From a bacterium (GTDB lineage Bacteria; Hinthialibacterota; Hinthialibacteria; Hinthialibacterales; Hinthialibacteraceae): DNA of 64,000 bases. The stretch lies in assembly GCA_963662285.2 (NCBI GenBank), contig CAXXMV010000001.1:1120001-1184000 (forward strand), read 5' to 3'. The stretch's first letter is position 1, and the number at the start of each line of letters is the position of its first letter. The position numbers and the translations under genes are program-made. Shown here piece by piece: positions 38,678 to 48,982 of the stretch. Under the pieces are notes generated by a model. It saw only the letters and a program-made list of their open reading frames with translations, did no database searches and was not told the origin of the DNA.

Positions 38678-40957
38678 ATGATATATGACCTGCTTATTGC
38701 ACTTGTTTGGTACTTGGTTTTCACCGGTTTTGGCATAATTGCGTTGCCTATATCAATGATGATATTCCGCCGGATGCCGGATGGAGGAATTCTTCTCTCC
38801 CGTCCACTGGGGTGGCTGCTCCTGGGTTTCCTCTCCTGGTGGCTCTCATATCTTCATATCCTTCCTTTCTCGTTTTGGGGGATATCGATTATATCGGTAG
38901 CCTTGTTCGTATTTTCATTGCAGATATTAAAGAAACGCTCTTCCTGGTACCAGCGGAAATTGCGCTTGCATTGGCGGACAGCGCTTAACGGTGAATTCAT
39001 AGCGATTTTAGCGTTTATGTTGATTCTATTGGCCAGCCGTGAAGATCCTGGCATCGGGACAACCGAAAAACCGATGGATATCATGATGCTAAACGCGATG
39101 GTGACGGCCAGTTACATGCCTCCCCCTGATCCCTGGCTGGCCGGGCATCCCATCAATTACCATTATGCTGGATACCTGCTGCATTCGATCCCCATTCAAC
39201 TGACCGGCATTAATCCGGAAATCGGATATAACATGGCGTTTCCCATAGTCGCCATGTTGGGCGCCGCTATCGCATTCGTCCTAGGGCGGGCCTTGTTCAG
39301 GCGATGCCGCTGGGCTGTACTGACTCCGGTGTGCATCTTTTTTATAGGCAACCTGGCGGGAGTTTTGGGCTTTCTAGAGAGGGTTACTCTGCAAAGCACA
39401 TTGTATGACTGGCGCTTCGGATTTATGTGGAATACGACGCGAGTGATTAAAGATGTCGGGGGCGATACTATAAATGAGTATCCCTTCTTCACTTTATTAT
39501 GGGGCGACCTGCATCCGCATTTCTCTAACATGCCTTTTGTCTTGTTTTTCATGGCTTTAACTTACGCCATTGGCCGCGCTATGCTTAGTTTATCAGCCAA
39601 GCGTATGTATAAATATGAATGGCCCCTGATTTTAGTTTCTGCGATGGCCTGCGGCTTCATTTTTCCAACCAACGTTTTTGATTTCCCTATCAGTTCCCTG
39701 TTTTATGGATTTGCCACAGGCGGCGTGTTTGTCTACCTTTTGTTTAATTCTGGCAAAAAATGGAAAAACGTGATTCCCTATGCGGCTTTGCTGTTTCTAC
39801 CCATCGCCGGTTATATCCTGGCGCTTCCATTCTGGATGCACTTCATTCCACCCGATCAGGGCACAAAACTGATGATCAGCACTCAGCATACTGATCTGAA
39901 CGAGTTCCTGCTTGTTTTCGGGCTGCATACGGCGGCGACTATCACCTTTCTGCTTCTGCGGGGGCGGCGCATGTTGTTGCGCTCCAGCGTTGAAGAGGTT
40001 GGCTTTATAGTTGGTTTATTCGGAATCCTATTTATAGCGCTTTGGGCGTGGTTCGGTTATATAGTATGCGGCTTGGCGCCTTGTCTGGCGCTGATGCTGT
40101 GGTTACTGGCATTTTACGCAGCCATGCGGCGCTATGATTCTGACGCTAAAGCCAATTTCGGCCCCGAACTGTTCGCGCTGGTTGCCTGCGCCTTATCATG
40201 GTCCATGATAGCAGGATGCGAGTTTGTGTTCCTCAAAGATAATTATGGAATCGCCCGCATGAATACTCTATTTAAAGTCCATTTTCCAACCTGGTTTATG
40301 ATGGGTATGGGATTGCCTTATCTACTGTACTACGAATATCAGCGGGTTGACCGTACTCCCTATAGGTGGTTTGTAATGATGCCGTTATTGGGAGTATTTC
40401 TTCTGTCGCTGGTTACTCCGGTTTTTACTTTCGCCTGGTTGGGCAAGATTCATTATACTAACGAATACGCCACTCTGGACGGACTAGATTTTCTGCGTAG
40501 GCCAAACGCCCAGCCCCATACCGCTGCTATCATTGATTGGATTCGAGAGAATACCGAAACAACCGACCGCATTCTGGAAGTGCCGGGATGCGGGTATCAA
40601 GTGGAAAGCGCAATTTCAGCATTCACAGGACGCTCAACGGTTGTCGGTTGGGTGGGGCATGAACAACTGTGGCGTTCTGGAGATATACAACAAGAAGTTG
40701 GATCACGCAAATCAGAAGCAGAACGCTTTTACACCACGCAAAACTGGAGTGAAGCGCAAGATATACTCAAAAAATATCGAATCAACTATGTTGTTTTTAT
40801 AACTCCTTCGTGTTCAGATAAAGCATCTCTATTATCGCGTATGAATACTGGAGTATTCCGCAATCATCTCGCGCCGATCATGACTGAAACAGGATTAGTA
40901 AGCGGTAGACCGGGGCGTTTTGAACTATATCAAGTTTCCGATTCAATAATAAATTAG
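38678..40957 (+). CDS. DUF2298 (YYY) family membrane protein
   Basis: TEKPMD, PPPDPWLAG..INYHY, INEYPFF...GDLHPH, RMNTLFK, GWVGHEQLWR. Confidence 0.85.
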   Translation: MIYDLLIALVWYLVFTGFGIIALPISMMIFRRMPDGGILLSRPLGWLLLGFLSWWLSYLHILPFSFWGISIISVALFVFSLQILKKRSSWYQRKLRLHWRTALNGEFIAILAFMLILLASREDPGIGTTEKPMDIMMLNAMVTASYMPPPDPWLAGHPINYHYAGYLLHSIPIQLTGINPEIGYNMAFPIVAMLGAAIAFVLGRALFRRCRWAVLTPVCIFFIGNLAGVLGFLERVTLQSTLYDWRFGFMWNTTRVIKDVGGDTINEYPFFTLLWGDLHPHFSNMPFVLFFMALTYAIGRAMLSLSAKRMYKYEWPLILVSAMACGFIFPTNVFDFPISSLFYGFATGGVFVYLLFNSGKKWKNVIPYAALLFLPIAGYILALPFWMHFIPPDQGTKLMISTQHTDLNEFLLVFGLHTAATITFLLLRGRRMLLRSSVEEVGFIVGLFGILFIALWAWFGYIVCGLAPCLALMLWLLAFYAAMRRYDSDAKANFGPELFALVACALSWSMIAGCEFVFLKDNYGIARMNTLFKVHFPTWFMMGMGLPYLLYYEYQRVDRTPYRWFVMMPLLGVFLLSLVTPVFTFAWLGKIHYTNEYATLDGLDFLRRPNAQPHTAAIIDWIRENTETTDRILEVPGCGYQVESAISAFTGRSTVVGWVGHEQLWRSGDIQQEVGSRKSEAERFYTTQNWSEAQDILKKYRINYVVFITPSCSDKASLLSRMNTGVFRNHLAPIMTETGLVSGRPGRFELYQVSDSIIN

Positions 40958-40970
40958 AATAATTCAGGTC

Positions 40971-41780
40971 TTGGATATGGCAATAAATCAATTAAACGGC
41001 ATACTGGTCGAAATCATAGAAAATAAGAAACGTGAAGTTGAGCAGCGCAAAAAGCTACGTTCCCTTGAAGAACTCCAGCAAGCCATCCAATCGGCGCTGC
41101 CCGTACGTGATTTCCGGGTTAACTTACGTCGCGGGGATGGCCCACTTAAATTATTGGCTGAAATTAAAGCCGCATCTCCGTCTGCGGGGAAAATCCGCTC
41201 TGATTTTGATCCTGCCCAGATAGCCCTGCTCTATGAGGAATGCGGCGCCGCTGCAATTTCAGTATTGACTGACGAAAAATATTTCTCCGGCGCTGACCAG
41301 CACCTTCAAGCCGCCCGTGCGGCGGTATCGCTGCCCGTTCTGCGTAAGGATTTCACTATCGATGAATATCAACTCTACGAAAGCCGGGCGTTCGGGGCTG
41401 ACGCAATCCTATTAATGGCCCAGGTTCTTACTCAAGATACATTCGTGTATCTTTACCAGAAAGCCTATGAATTGGGCTTGCAGGTTCTGGCCGAGGGGCA
41501 CACCGAAGAACAAATTCGCTTTATCGTCTCAATCGGCGCCAAGGTAATTGGAGTTAATAACCGGAATTTCGAAACCATGAAAACCGATATTAAAACCACG
41601 CTGGATCGCCGTAGCCTTATACCCTCTGATCGCATCCTGGTCAGTCAAAGCGGTATGTTCAGCCGTGATGATGTTATTCCATTGGACGCAGCGGGAGTGG
41701 ATGCGATTCAGGTTGGGACGTCTCTCATGCAAAACGCGGATATGAAACAGCAGTTTAAAACCCTTTTATATAGTATTTAG
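40971..41780 (+). CDS. trpC: Indole-3-glycerol phosphate synthase
   Basis: AEIKAASPSAG, ISVLTDEKYFSG, PVLRKDF, GVNNRN. Confidence 0.95.
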   Translation: MDMAINQLNGILVEIIENKKREVEQRKKLRSLEELQQAIQSALPVRDFRVNLRRGDGPLKLLAEIKAASPSAGKIRSDFDPAQIALLYEECGAAAISVLTDEKYFSGADQHLQAARAAVSLPVLRKDFTIDEYQLYESRAFGADAILLMAQVLTQDTFVYLYQKAYELGLQVLAEGHTEEQIRFIVSIGAKVIGVNNRNFETMKTDIKTTLDRRSLIPSDRILVSQSGMFSRDDVIPLDAAGVDAIQVGTSLMQNADMKQQFKTLLYSI

Positions 41781-41784
41781 TTAA

Positions 41785-41820
41785 TATATTCGTTATAAAA
41801 TATAATTTATAACGGATATA
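41785..41820. terminator. AT-rich hairpin after trpC
   Basis: TATATTCGTTATAAA-ATATAA-TTTATAACGGATATA. Confidence 0.4.
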
Positions 41821-42216
41821 ATTTGATAATTAATCTAACTTTTTCTCCGTTTTAGTCGTATAATTTTATAGAATTATCTTTTTTAACACATTGTATCGAA
41901 AGAATATAGAAGTTTTCGATAAGTAATTTCTACTTAAAGTGATTTTCATAGATGGAATTACAACTAATTCTTTAAGAATATACATGAGATAAATGTATAG
42001 AAATGTAATGAATTGCCGATAATATGAGCTGTAAAAGTCAAATATTAAAAACATGCTAAAGTTAAACTGTAACTTTTCACTGACTTGTATTGACATGGGA
42101 AGATTTTTGTTTTAACTTACCACGACCTATTATTGTGTTGTTCTGTCAATGTGTTTTATCTATATATGAGTTGTTTGCCTGAAAAGTGGGTCTGAGGGGA
42201 TTTCCTATCAAGGTGA

Positions 42217-43440
42217 ATGAGTATGGTACGTCACCCCGGGAATTTCCTTGCCCGGCCTACTATGGAAGAGGTTGTTTCGTTCTATTCGGAGAATTTTTTT
42301 GGTCGGATCGAGTGGTGCTTTCCTCCGTTTTTGAGAAAAATGATTCGTATGTGGATACTTGTGCCTGAAGGAGTGGTGCATCGAATGTTGACGTTTCTTC
42401 TTCTATCGCTTCAATTTCTACGTATGTTAACCCAGCAGGTCTCTGTACGACAATTGCATGTGCCTGCTTTGCCTGTATATGCTATGTCCGGGACGGCTAT
42501 CGCTATAATGTTAGTTATTGGATGGGCGCACTGGCCGACTCCTGCGTCTCCTTTAAATATAAATGAGTTGCTAATAGCCCGTATGGACAGTGTTCAAAAT
42601 GCGGTTGTCTGGGCTGATAATAATGCTTCTCAAATCGATGAATACATCCCTCCTGAACTTTATCCCGTTGCAAACTCTCTCCCTGATCCACAAGTAATTG
42701 CCTCAATCGGTTCGTTAAATAGAACAGATACAGGTAACGATCTTGGTTCAGGCGCCATTGCTTCGATATATTTTAAAAATAATGCAACTTATAACAATAA
42801 AGAGATTGAACCCCAACTTCCATTGCTTCAGGGAGCGACTCACATTATCCGCCAAGGCGAAATTTTAGGGGATATCGCAAAAGCCTACGGCGTTAAGTGC
42901 GATATGCTGGAAAGATATAATCCCAGTATTGATCCAAGACGCATGCAAATAGGCAGTAAAATTTTCATCCCGGGCGCGGATAAGGCTATTTTAATACCAC
43001 GAAAAACTCCTATGAGTCTTCCAGTACGTAACGGTTGGGTGATTTCCGGTTTTGGCATGCGCAAGCATCCTCTGGGCGGTAACTTCCGCTTCCATCGAGG
43101 TATTGATATCCCCGAAGCGACAGGCACTCCCGTACGCGCAGTCATGGATGGCGTGGTTATTGAGGCCGACAAGTCAGGAAGCGGTTACTTAGGGAAATGC
43201 GTCAAGATCAGACATAGTAAGGGATATGTAACTGTTTATGGCCACAATAGCCGGATATTGGTCAAGGTTGGCGATAAAGTTAAAGAAGGAAGAATTATTA
43301 GTCGTGTGGGCAGTACGGGAAGATCAACTGCTCCGCATCTTCACTTTGGCGTTAGCAAAAATGGCAAATACGTTGATCCAGAACAATACCTTCCCCGGAT
43401 GAGTCATACACGTCCTCAAACCAGAGTCGCCAGCCGCTAA
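42217..43440 (+). CDS. LysM + M23 family peptidoglycan endopeptidase
   Basis: LysM (HIIRQGEILGDIAKAYGV), HRGID, YGHNS, STAPHLHF; start codon uncertain. Confidence 0.9.
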   Translation: MSMVRHPGNFLARPTMEEVVSFYSENFFGRIEWCFPPFLRKMIRMWILVPEGVVHRMLTFLLLSLQFLRMLTQQVSVRQLHVPALPVYAMSGTAIAIMLVIGWAHWPTPASPLNINELLIARMDSVQNAVVWADNNASQIDEYIPPELYPVANSLPDPQVIASIGSLNRTDTGNDLGSGAIASIYFKNNATYNNKEIEPQLPLLQGATHIIRQGEILGDIAKAYGVKCDMLERYNPSIDPRRMQIGSKIFIPGADKAILIPRKTPMSLPVRNGWVISGFGMRKHPLGGNFRFHRGIDIPEATGTPVRAVMDGVVIEADKSGSGYLGKCVKIRHSKGYVTVYGHNSRILVKVGDKVKEGRIISRVGSTGRSTAPHLHFGVSKNGKYVDPEQYLPRMSHTRPQTRVASR

Positions 43441-43626
43441 TTTTTTTGAATATCTCCATCTCCAAAGTATTATTAAACACTCCCATATAAAAATAAACCG
43501 TTTAAACTGCGTTAGAGTATTTTTCTTAATAACGTTCTTTTTCGCGATTCGATATAGCCTGAAAATATTGGCTTTTTCGAAGACCCCAGGTAATAATAAA
43601 CGGTCATATTTTCGAGAATCACTCTA

Positions 43627-44469
43627 ATGATAAATCCCGTCGAGAATTTTTATAACATAAATCCCGAATTGGAATGGAATCGCTTGTTTATTACGCCTTA
43701 CCGGCGCATCGAATATGAATTAGTTCACCATTATCTGAGTAAATACCTCCCTCCAAGCGGCAGGATTCTCGATTTGGGCGGCGGTCCTGGCCGATACGCC
43801 ATCGCACTGGCCAAACAGGGTTATAATGTAACATTGGTGGATATCTCAAAAAAGAACATCCAATTCGCGAAAAACAAGATTAAAGCCATGGGTTTGATGG
43901 ATCGATTTGATGATTGCTTCGCAGCTGATGCGCGTTTTATCGATCAATTGGCTGATGGTTGGTTCGACGCAGTCTTGTGCATGGGGCCGCTTTACCATTT
44001 ACAGAAACTTGAAGAGCGCATGCAGTGCCTGGATCAATGTTATCGCGTTATGAAAACCAATGCACCGTTATTCTTAACTGCCTTGCCTCGTTTAACTTAT
44101 GTACGCGACGCGCTACGGTCGGGCGCTTTCCAATCCGCCAATGCCGGGGACTTACGTATATTTGATGAAATATATGAAGCAGGTTACTCAAAGCATGCGG
44201 AAGTGCCCCAGATTTATTTTTGCCATCCAGACGAAGTTATAGAATGGTTTACGCAATCGAATTTCGATATAGTAAAAATGGCCTCATGCCATGGTTTCGC
44301 TGCTTTCATGGATGAACAGGTTAACCAGGCGGCGAACAATGCGGAAGCATGGAATGTATTGATTCAACATGTTTTATCAACTTGCGAAAATCTTCAATCC
44401 CTCGCTATGGCGGAACATCTCCTGGCGGTTGGTATTAAACAAAGCATTATTGGAGAAAAAGAATGCTGA
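43627..44469 (+). CDS. Class I SAM-dependent methyltransferase
   Basis: ILDLGGGPGRY, LCMGPLYHL. Confidence 0.9.
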   Translation: MINPVENFYNINPELEWNRLFITPYRRIEYELVHHYLSKYLPPSGRILDLGGGPGRYAIALAKQGYNVTLVDISKKNIQFAKNKIKAMGLMDRFDDCFAADARFIDQLADGWFDAVLCMGPLYHLQKLEERMQCLDQCYRVMKTNAPLFLTALPRLTYVRDALRSGAFQSANAGDLRIFDEIYEAGYSKHAEVPQIYFCHPDEVIEWFTQSNFDIVKMASCHGFAAFMDEQVNQAANNAEAWNVLIQHVLSTCENLQSLAMAEHLLAVGIKQSIIGEKEC

Positions 44470-45668
44470 CACAGAAACAAATCGAAGCTGCTTATCAAGT
44501 TATTAAAGGTGAAATCTATCACTCTCCCTGCGTCATGACCAGGACGTTAAGCCGCATTACCGGCAGCAAGGTTTACTTGAAATTAGAGAACCTGCAAATG
44601 ACTGGTTCATTCAAAGAACGAGGCGCATTAAACAAATTGGCGGGCCTTTCATCTGAAGAACTTAACCATGGCGTTATCGCCGCCAGCGCAGGAAATCATG
44701 CTCAGGGCGTCGCCTATCACGCCAATCGCCTGGGCGGCAAGTCTACTATTATCATGCCCGAAGGAACGCCGCTGAATAAAATCAACGCCACTAAAAAATA
44801 CGGCGCTGAAGTAGTGCTCTATGGAAAAACATACGACGAAGCCTATGAAGAGGCGATTCAGCGCCAGCAATTGGAACACTTGAACTTTATTCACGCCTTC
44901 GACGATGTAGAAGTAATGGCTGGTCAAGGTACTATCGGGATGGAAATCTGCCTGGATGGAATTGATCCAGAAGCGGTGATTGTTCCTATCGGCGGCGGGG
45001 GCTTGATTTCGGGCATCGCGGTGGCCATCAAAGAAAAATATCCGAATTGTAAAGTATATGGCGTACAGGCGGCTCAGGCGCCTGCCATGAAATTTTCGAT
45101 CAATGCGGGACGCATAGTGCCCATGAAGACCTCGCCTACTCTGGCTGACGGCATCGCCGTAAAATCGGTAGGGCACCTGACCTATCCCGTGATTAAAAAA
45201 TATGTGGACGATATTATTCTGGTCAGTGAAGAAGAGATCGCCGCCGCTATCATGACTCTGCTCGAAATCGAAAAGAGTCTTGTCGAAGGCGCCGGAGCGT
45301 CGACCCTGGCGGCATTGGCTTATCACGACCTGCCGGTTAAAGATAAAAGAACCGTCTTGATCCTCTCCGGCGGTAATATAGACGTAAATCTTTTGTCGCG
45401 CATCATTGAACGTGGTTTAATCAAGGATGGTAGAATGGTGCGCTTGCGTGTGGAACTTCAGGACACGCCGGGTCAGTTGGCCATCGTTTCGCAGTTTATC
45501 GCTCAACAGAGCGCCAATGTGCTCGAGGTTTATCACAACCGTTCTTTTATGAATGCAGCTATGGGAAAAACATTTCTCGATATCACTCTCGAAACCAGAG
45601 GCAGCGAGCACGTTAAACAAATTATGCAATTTCTTGAAAATGAAGGATACGCTATACAACAGATTTAG
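44463..45668 (+). CDS. ilvA: Threonine ammonia-lyase with a single ACT domain
   Basis: GSFKERGA PLP-Lys, ASAGNHAQG, PIGGGGL, SGGNID, ACT C-terminus. Confidence 0.9.
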   Translation: MLTQKQIEAAYQVIKGEIYHSPCVMTRTLSRITGSKVYLKLENLQMTGSFKERGALNKLAGLSSEELNHGVIAASAGNHAQGVAYHANRLGGKSTIIMPEGTPLNKINATKKYGAEVVLYGKTYDEAYEEAIQRQQLEHLNFIHAFDDVEVMAGQGTIGMEICLDGIDPEAVIVPIGGGGLISGIAVAIKEKYPNCKVYGVQAAQAPAMKFSINAGRIVPMKTSPTLADGIAVKSVGHLTYPVIKKYVDDIILVSEEEIAAAIMTLLEIEKSLVEGAGASTLAALAYHDLPVKDKRTVLILSGGNIDVNLLSRIIERGLIKDGRMVRLRVELQDTPGQLAIVSQFIAQQSANVLEVYHNRSFMNAAMGKTFLDITLETRGSEHVKQIMQFLENEGYAIQQI

Positions 45669-45681
45669 AGGGAGCATCTCC

Positions 45682-47061
45682 ATGAACCAGCCTATTTCTC
45701 GTCGTGATGCGCTTAAATATGGAACAGCGCTGCCGTTACTTATGACAAACCCAAATCTTTGTCTGGCGAAAATGAAAAGCGATTCCCGCCCGAATATTGT
45801 TTTAATCATGGCGGATGATCTGGGATATGGCGATGTAGGTTGTTATGGTTGTCCTGATATCCGAACTCCTGAAATTGACGGCCTGGCGCAACAAGGCATT
45901 CGTTTCACCCAATATTACGCCAACGCTTCCGAATGCACCCCGACGCGAACCGCTCTGCTCACAGGCAGGTATCAACAGCGCGTCGGCGGCCTGGAATGCG
46001 CCATCGGTACAGGAAATGTGGGGCGCTATGACGATGCTATCAGGCTTCGTGAGCAGAATCAACTCGGCCTGCCAACTTCTGAAACTACTATCGCCAAAAT
46101 GCTTAAAGGCGTCGGATATTCAACCGCCATCACTGGCAAATGGCATTTAGGTTATGACGAAAAGTTCAATCCGCTCGATCACGGCTTCGATTACTTCTTC
46201 GGACCATTGGGCGGCGGGATGGATTATTTCCATCATACCGAATCGGATGGCGGACATCATTTCGTCAAAAATCGCACCCCCATTAAACCCAAAGGTTATA
46301 TGACTGACCTGATCACTGACGAAGCGATTGGTTTTATCGGTCGTCAGACCAAAGAAAACCCCTTCTTCCTTTACGTCCCATATACCGCGCCTCATTCGCC
46401 TTATCATGGTCCAAGCGATGCTCACCAGCAGCCCAAAAATGAAGATGACTGGAATATCGGATCACGGGAGACCTACGCCAAAATGGTCGAATCGATGGAT
46501 AAAGGCATAGGAAGAATACTTGGTGAATTAAAGAAGCAAGGTTTTACCGATAATACCTTAGTTATCTTCTGCAGCGACAATGGCGGCGCCAAATACGCCA
46601 ATAACGGCCTTCTATCCAAGGGTAAGGGAACCTGTTTTGAAGGCGGCATCCGCGTCCCCTGCATCATCAGTTGGCCTGGAAAGATAACTTACGGAACCAT
46701 ATCCAACCAAACCGCTATCACTATGGATTTAACCGCATCAATCGCCCGGATAGCCGGGGCCAGACAACCCAAGCCGTTTGACGGCATCGATATTATTAAA
46801 GAAATCGAAATGAACCGGGGAGAGTTCAAGCGCACCCTATTCTGGAGAAAACGAAGGGGAGAACAAACCTGGCGGGCGGTGCGTGATGGGGATATGAAAT
46901 ACATCTCAGATCAAAACGGCGATAAAACCACCGAATATCTATTTGACCTTTCCACTGATCCCGAAGAAAAAACCAACCTGCTGGCTCGTTCCAAAACGAA
47001 AGTATGGGATTTGAAAAGCCTACTCAGAACCTGGGAAGCAGAGGTAAAGCCTTCTCAATAA
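45682..47061 (+). CDS. Tat-exported formylglycine sulfatase
   Basis: SRRDALK twin-arginine signal, ADDLGYGD, CTPTRTALLTGR, GKWHLG; RBS GGGAG. Confidence 0.92.
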   Translation: MNQPISRRDALKYGTALPLLMTNPNLCLAKMKSDSRPNIVLIMADDLGYGDVGCYGCPDIRTPEIDGLAQQGIRFTQYYANASECTPTRTALLTGRYQQRVGGLECAIGTGNVGRYDDAIRLREQNQLGLPTSETTIAKMLKGVGYSTAITGKWHLGYDEKFNPLDHGFDYFFGPLGGGMDYFHHTESDGGHHFVKNRTPIKPKGYMTDLITDEAIGFIGRQTKENPFFLYVPYTAPHSPYHGPSDAHQQPKNEDDWNIGSRETYAKMVESMDKGIGRILGELKKQGFTDNTLVIFCSDNGGAKYANNGLLSKGKGTCFEGGIRVPCIISWPGKITYGTISNQTAITMDLTASIARIAGARQPKPFDGIDIIKEIEMNRGEFKRTLFWRKRRGEQTWRAVRDGDMKYISDQNGDKTTEYLFDLSTDPEEKTNLLARSKTKVWDLKSLLRTWEAEVKPSQ

Positions 47062-47131
47062 CGGAGTCGTGATAATCAAAACGGGACGCCATACAACGCC
47101 CCGTTTTATCATTATGCATAAAACACAAACA

Positions 47132-48010
47132 CTACAAATTATTCTTCTTTTTAGAGTGTAGATATACAGCGGAGTGATCCAGGTTGCCATGTCCCTCATC
47201 AACCAGCGACTGGTAGATTTCGTTGGCTGGTTTGGCCAGGGTGAGGTCGGCGCCGCAGCTTTCAATCGCTTCCATAGCGATGCGCATATCTTTAGCGTGC
47301 AATCCCAGGGAGAAATAGGGCGTCTCGAATTCTTCTTTCAATATCAATGGCCCGCGTTTATCCATCATGAAAGATGCCGCTGCGCCGCCTGCTACTGCTG
47401 TAACCACTTTTTCGGCGTCTAAACCGCTTTTTTTTGCTAATGCAATGCCTTCGGCGACCGCTTCCAGCGAGATTGCGATGATGACCTGATTTACCACTTT
47501 GGTCATTTGACCTGCGCCTGGGCCGCCAATCAGGGTGATGGTTTTGCCCATGGCTTCAAGCACTGGTTTGGCTCTTTCGAAAACATCCTCTTCGCCTCCC
47601 ACCATGATCGATAACGCGCCGGATGCGGCGCCTTCCGGACCGCCGCTGACCGGGGCGTCAAGTATACCGATTCCCTGCTCTTTCAGTTGGACGGCGAGTT
47701 TCTTGGCCAGGTCGGGAGAACTGGTGCTGCAATCGACGATTATACCGCCCGGTTTCATTTTTTGGGCGATGCCTTTGGATCCGGTAATGACCTCTTCGAC
47801 GTCCGGCGTATCGGATACGCAGGTTATAACCAGATCGCAGTTTTCCCCCACTTCAGCGGGAGAAGCGCATGGAGTCGCTCCCTCGCTGGCGAGAGATTCC
47901 ATTCGAGCCGCCGTGCGATTAAACACAAAGAGTTCATATCCCGCTTTCATAAGATTACGGGTCATGCTCTGTCCCATGATTCCTAAACCAACAAAACCGA
48001 TCTTTTTCAT
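47132..48010 (-). CDS. Beta-hydroxyacid dehydrogenase (tartronate semialdehyde reductase/HIBADH family)
   Basis: GFVGLGIMG, LDAPVSGG, GAGQMTKVVNQ. Confidence 0.9.
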   Translation of the reverse strand: MKKIGFVGLGIMGQSMTRNLMKAGYELFVFNRTAARMESLASEGATPCASPAEVGENCDLVITCVSDTPDVEEVITGSKGIAQKMKPGGIIVDCSTSSPDLAKKLAVQLKEQGIGILDAPVSGGPEGAASGALSIMVGGEEDVFERAKPVLEAMGKTITLIGGPGAGQMTKVVNQVIIAISLEAVAEGIALAKKSGLDAEKVVTAVAGGAAASFMMDKRGPLILKEEFETPYFSLGLHAKDMRIAMEAIESCGADLTLAKPANEIYQSLVDEGHGNLDHSAVYLHSKKKNNL

Positions 48011-48420
48011 ATTCGCCTCATTAAATAATCTTTTTTAAATGATTTTTATTCGCAGCAATGGTTCGGATGCATTCTGTACCAACCGAATCATCAATAAACA
48101 TGCGATTATATAAAGAATATCATCACTAGGTCTTTTGGAATATGACTATGGCGCTATTGAATGTTAAACACGCCGGTTTTTACGCAAACCACTCAATTTT
48201 TAAGGCGGCAGGCCGGATTATTAATAATTCAGATTAACTTTTGGCTGCCGATAATATTATTAAGATATAAAGATTTTACGGTGTTTTATTTGAACCGTCC
48301 AATATTTTTTATACTAGAAAAAAGGACGGAAATTGTTATGCGTTGATTGCGGGAGGCGTCTGCATCAGGCTTGGCGCCGCATTCCAATCTGATGCGTAAG
48401 CCTATTCTTTGGAGGAAATT

Positions 48421-48867
48421 ATGTACGGAAATTGCGTACTTTGCGAACGATTCGCTTCATTAAATCGTTATAAAATTTGTGATACATGCTTTGAGACGGA
48501 TGAAGAATATCTTCAGGTGGCAACTAAAATACTACGTGAGGATGGCCATAAAAACGTTTTTGAACTTGCCGAAGATGTGGAAATTGAACCGGAGCGCATT
48601 TTTCTCTGGGTAGATCAAAAACGCATTTTAACCAGTTCCCTGGAATATCTTTGCCCTAAATGCGGCGGTGATATTCTAAAGGGGATTTGCGATTGCCAGT
48701 TGGAAAGATTTCTGTTTCGCTCTCCGGAAGAGCTTGAACCGGAAGATAAGACCGGCGATGCGCGATGCTACTCAAACCGTCGCGTGTTGGATAAATGCAA
48801 GGAGTATTGGGATTATAAGTCCCGCATAAAACGCCGCCAAAAGCGTGATATCTGGGTTCCATCTTAA
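48421..48867 (+). CDS. Zn-finger/HTH protein resembling flagellar operon protein YvyF
   Basis: CxxC...CxxC, HTH-like ELAEDVEIEPERIFLWVDQKRI, second CPKCG..C cluster; RBS GGAGG. Confidence 0.55.
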   Translation: MYGNCVLCERFASLNRYKICDTCFETDEEYLQVATKILREDGHKNVFELAEDVEIEPERIFLWVDQKRILTSSLEYLCPKCGGDILKGICDCQLERFLFRSPEELEPEDKTGDARCYSNRRVLDKCKEYWDYKSRIKRRQKRDIWVPS

Positions 48868-48982
48868 TGTGATGAAATCCGGCGCTCAACCAGTGGAAGC
48901 AATGCCTCTTTATTGTACAATGAGAGTGATTTATAGAATAAACGAATATGTTTATGAGAATCGCTCTAGGTGTTGCGCTTTT

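Noticed and set aside
41866-42096. 76-aa ORF in an AT-rich spacer
   Set aside because: Low-complexity composition in a probable promoter region
44649-45326. 225-aa antisense ORF
   Set aside because: Shadow of ilvA with no recognisable motifs
45553-45681. Long overlap of the sulfatase ORF with ilvA
   Set aside because: The true start is ATG 45682, which has an RBS and a Tat signal
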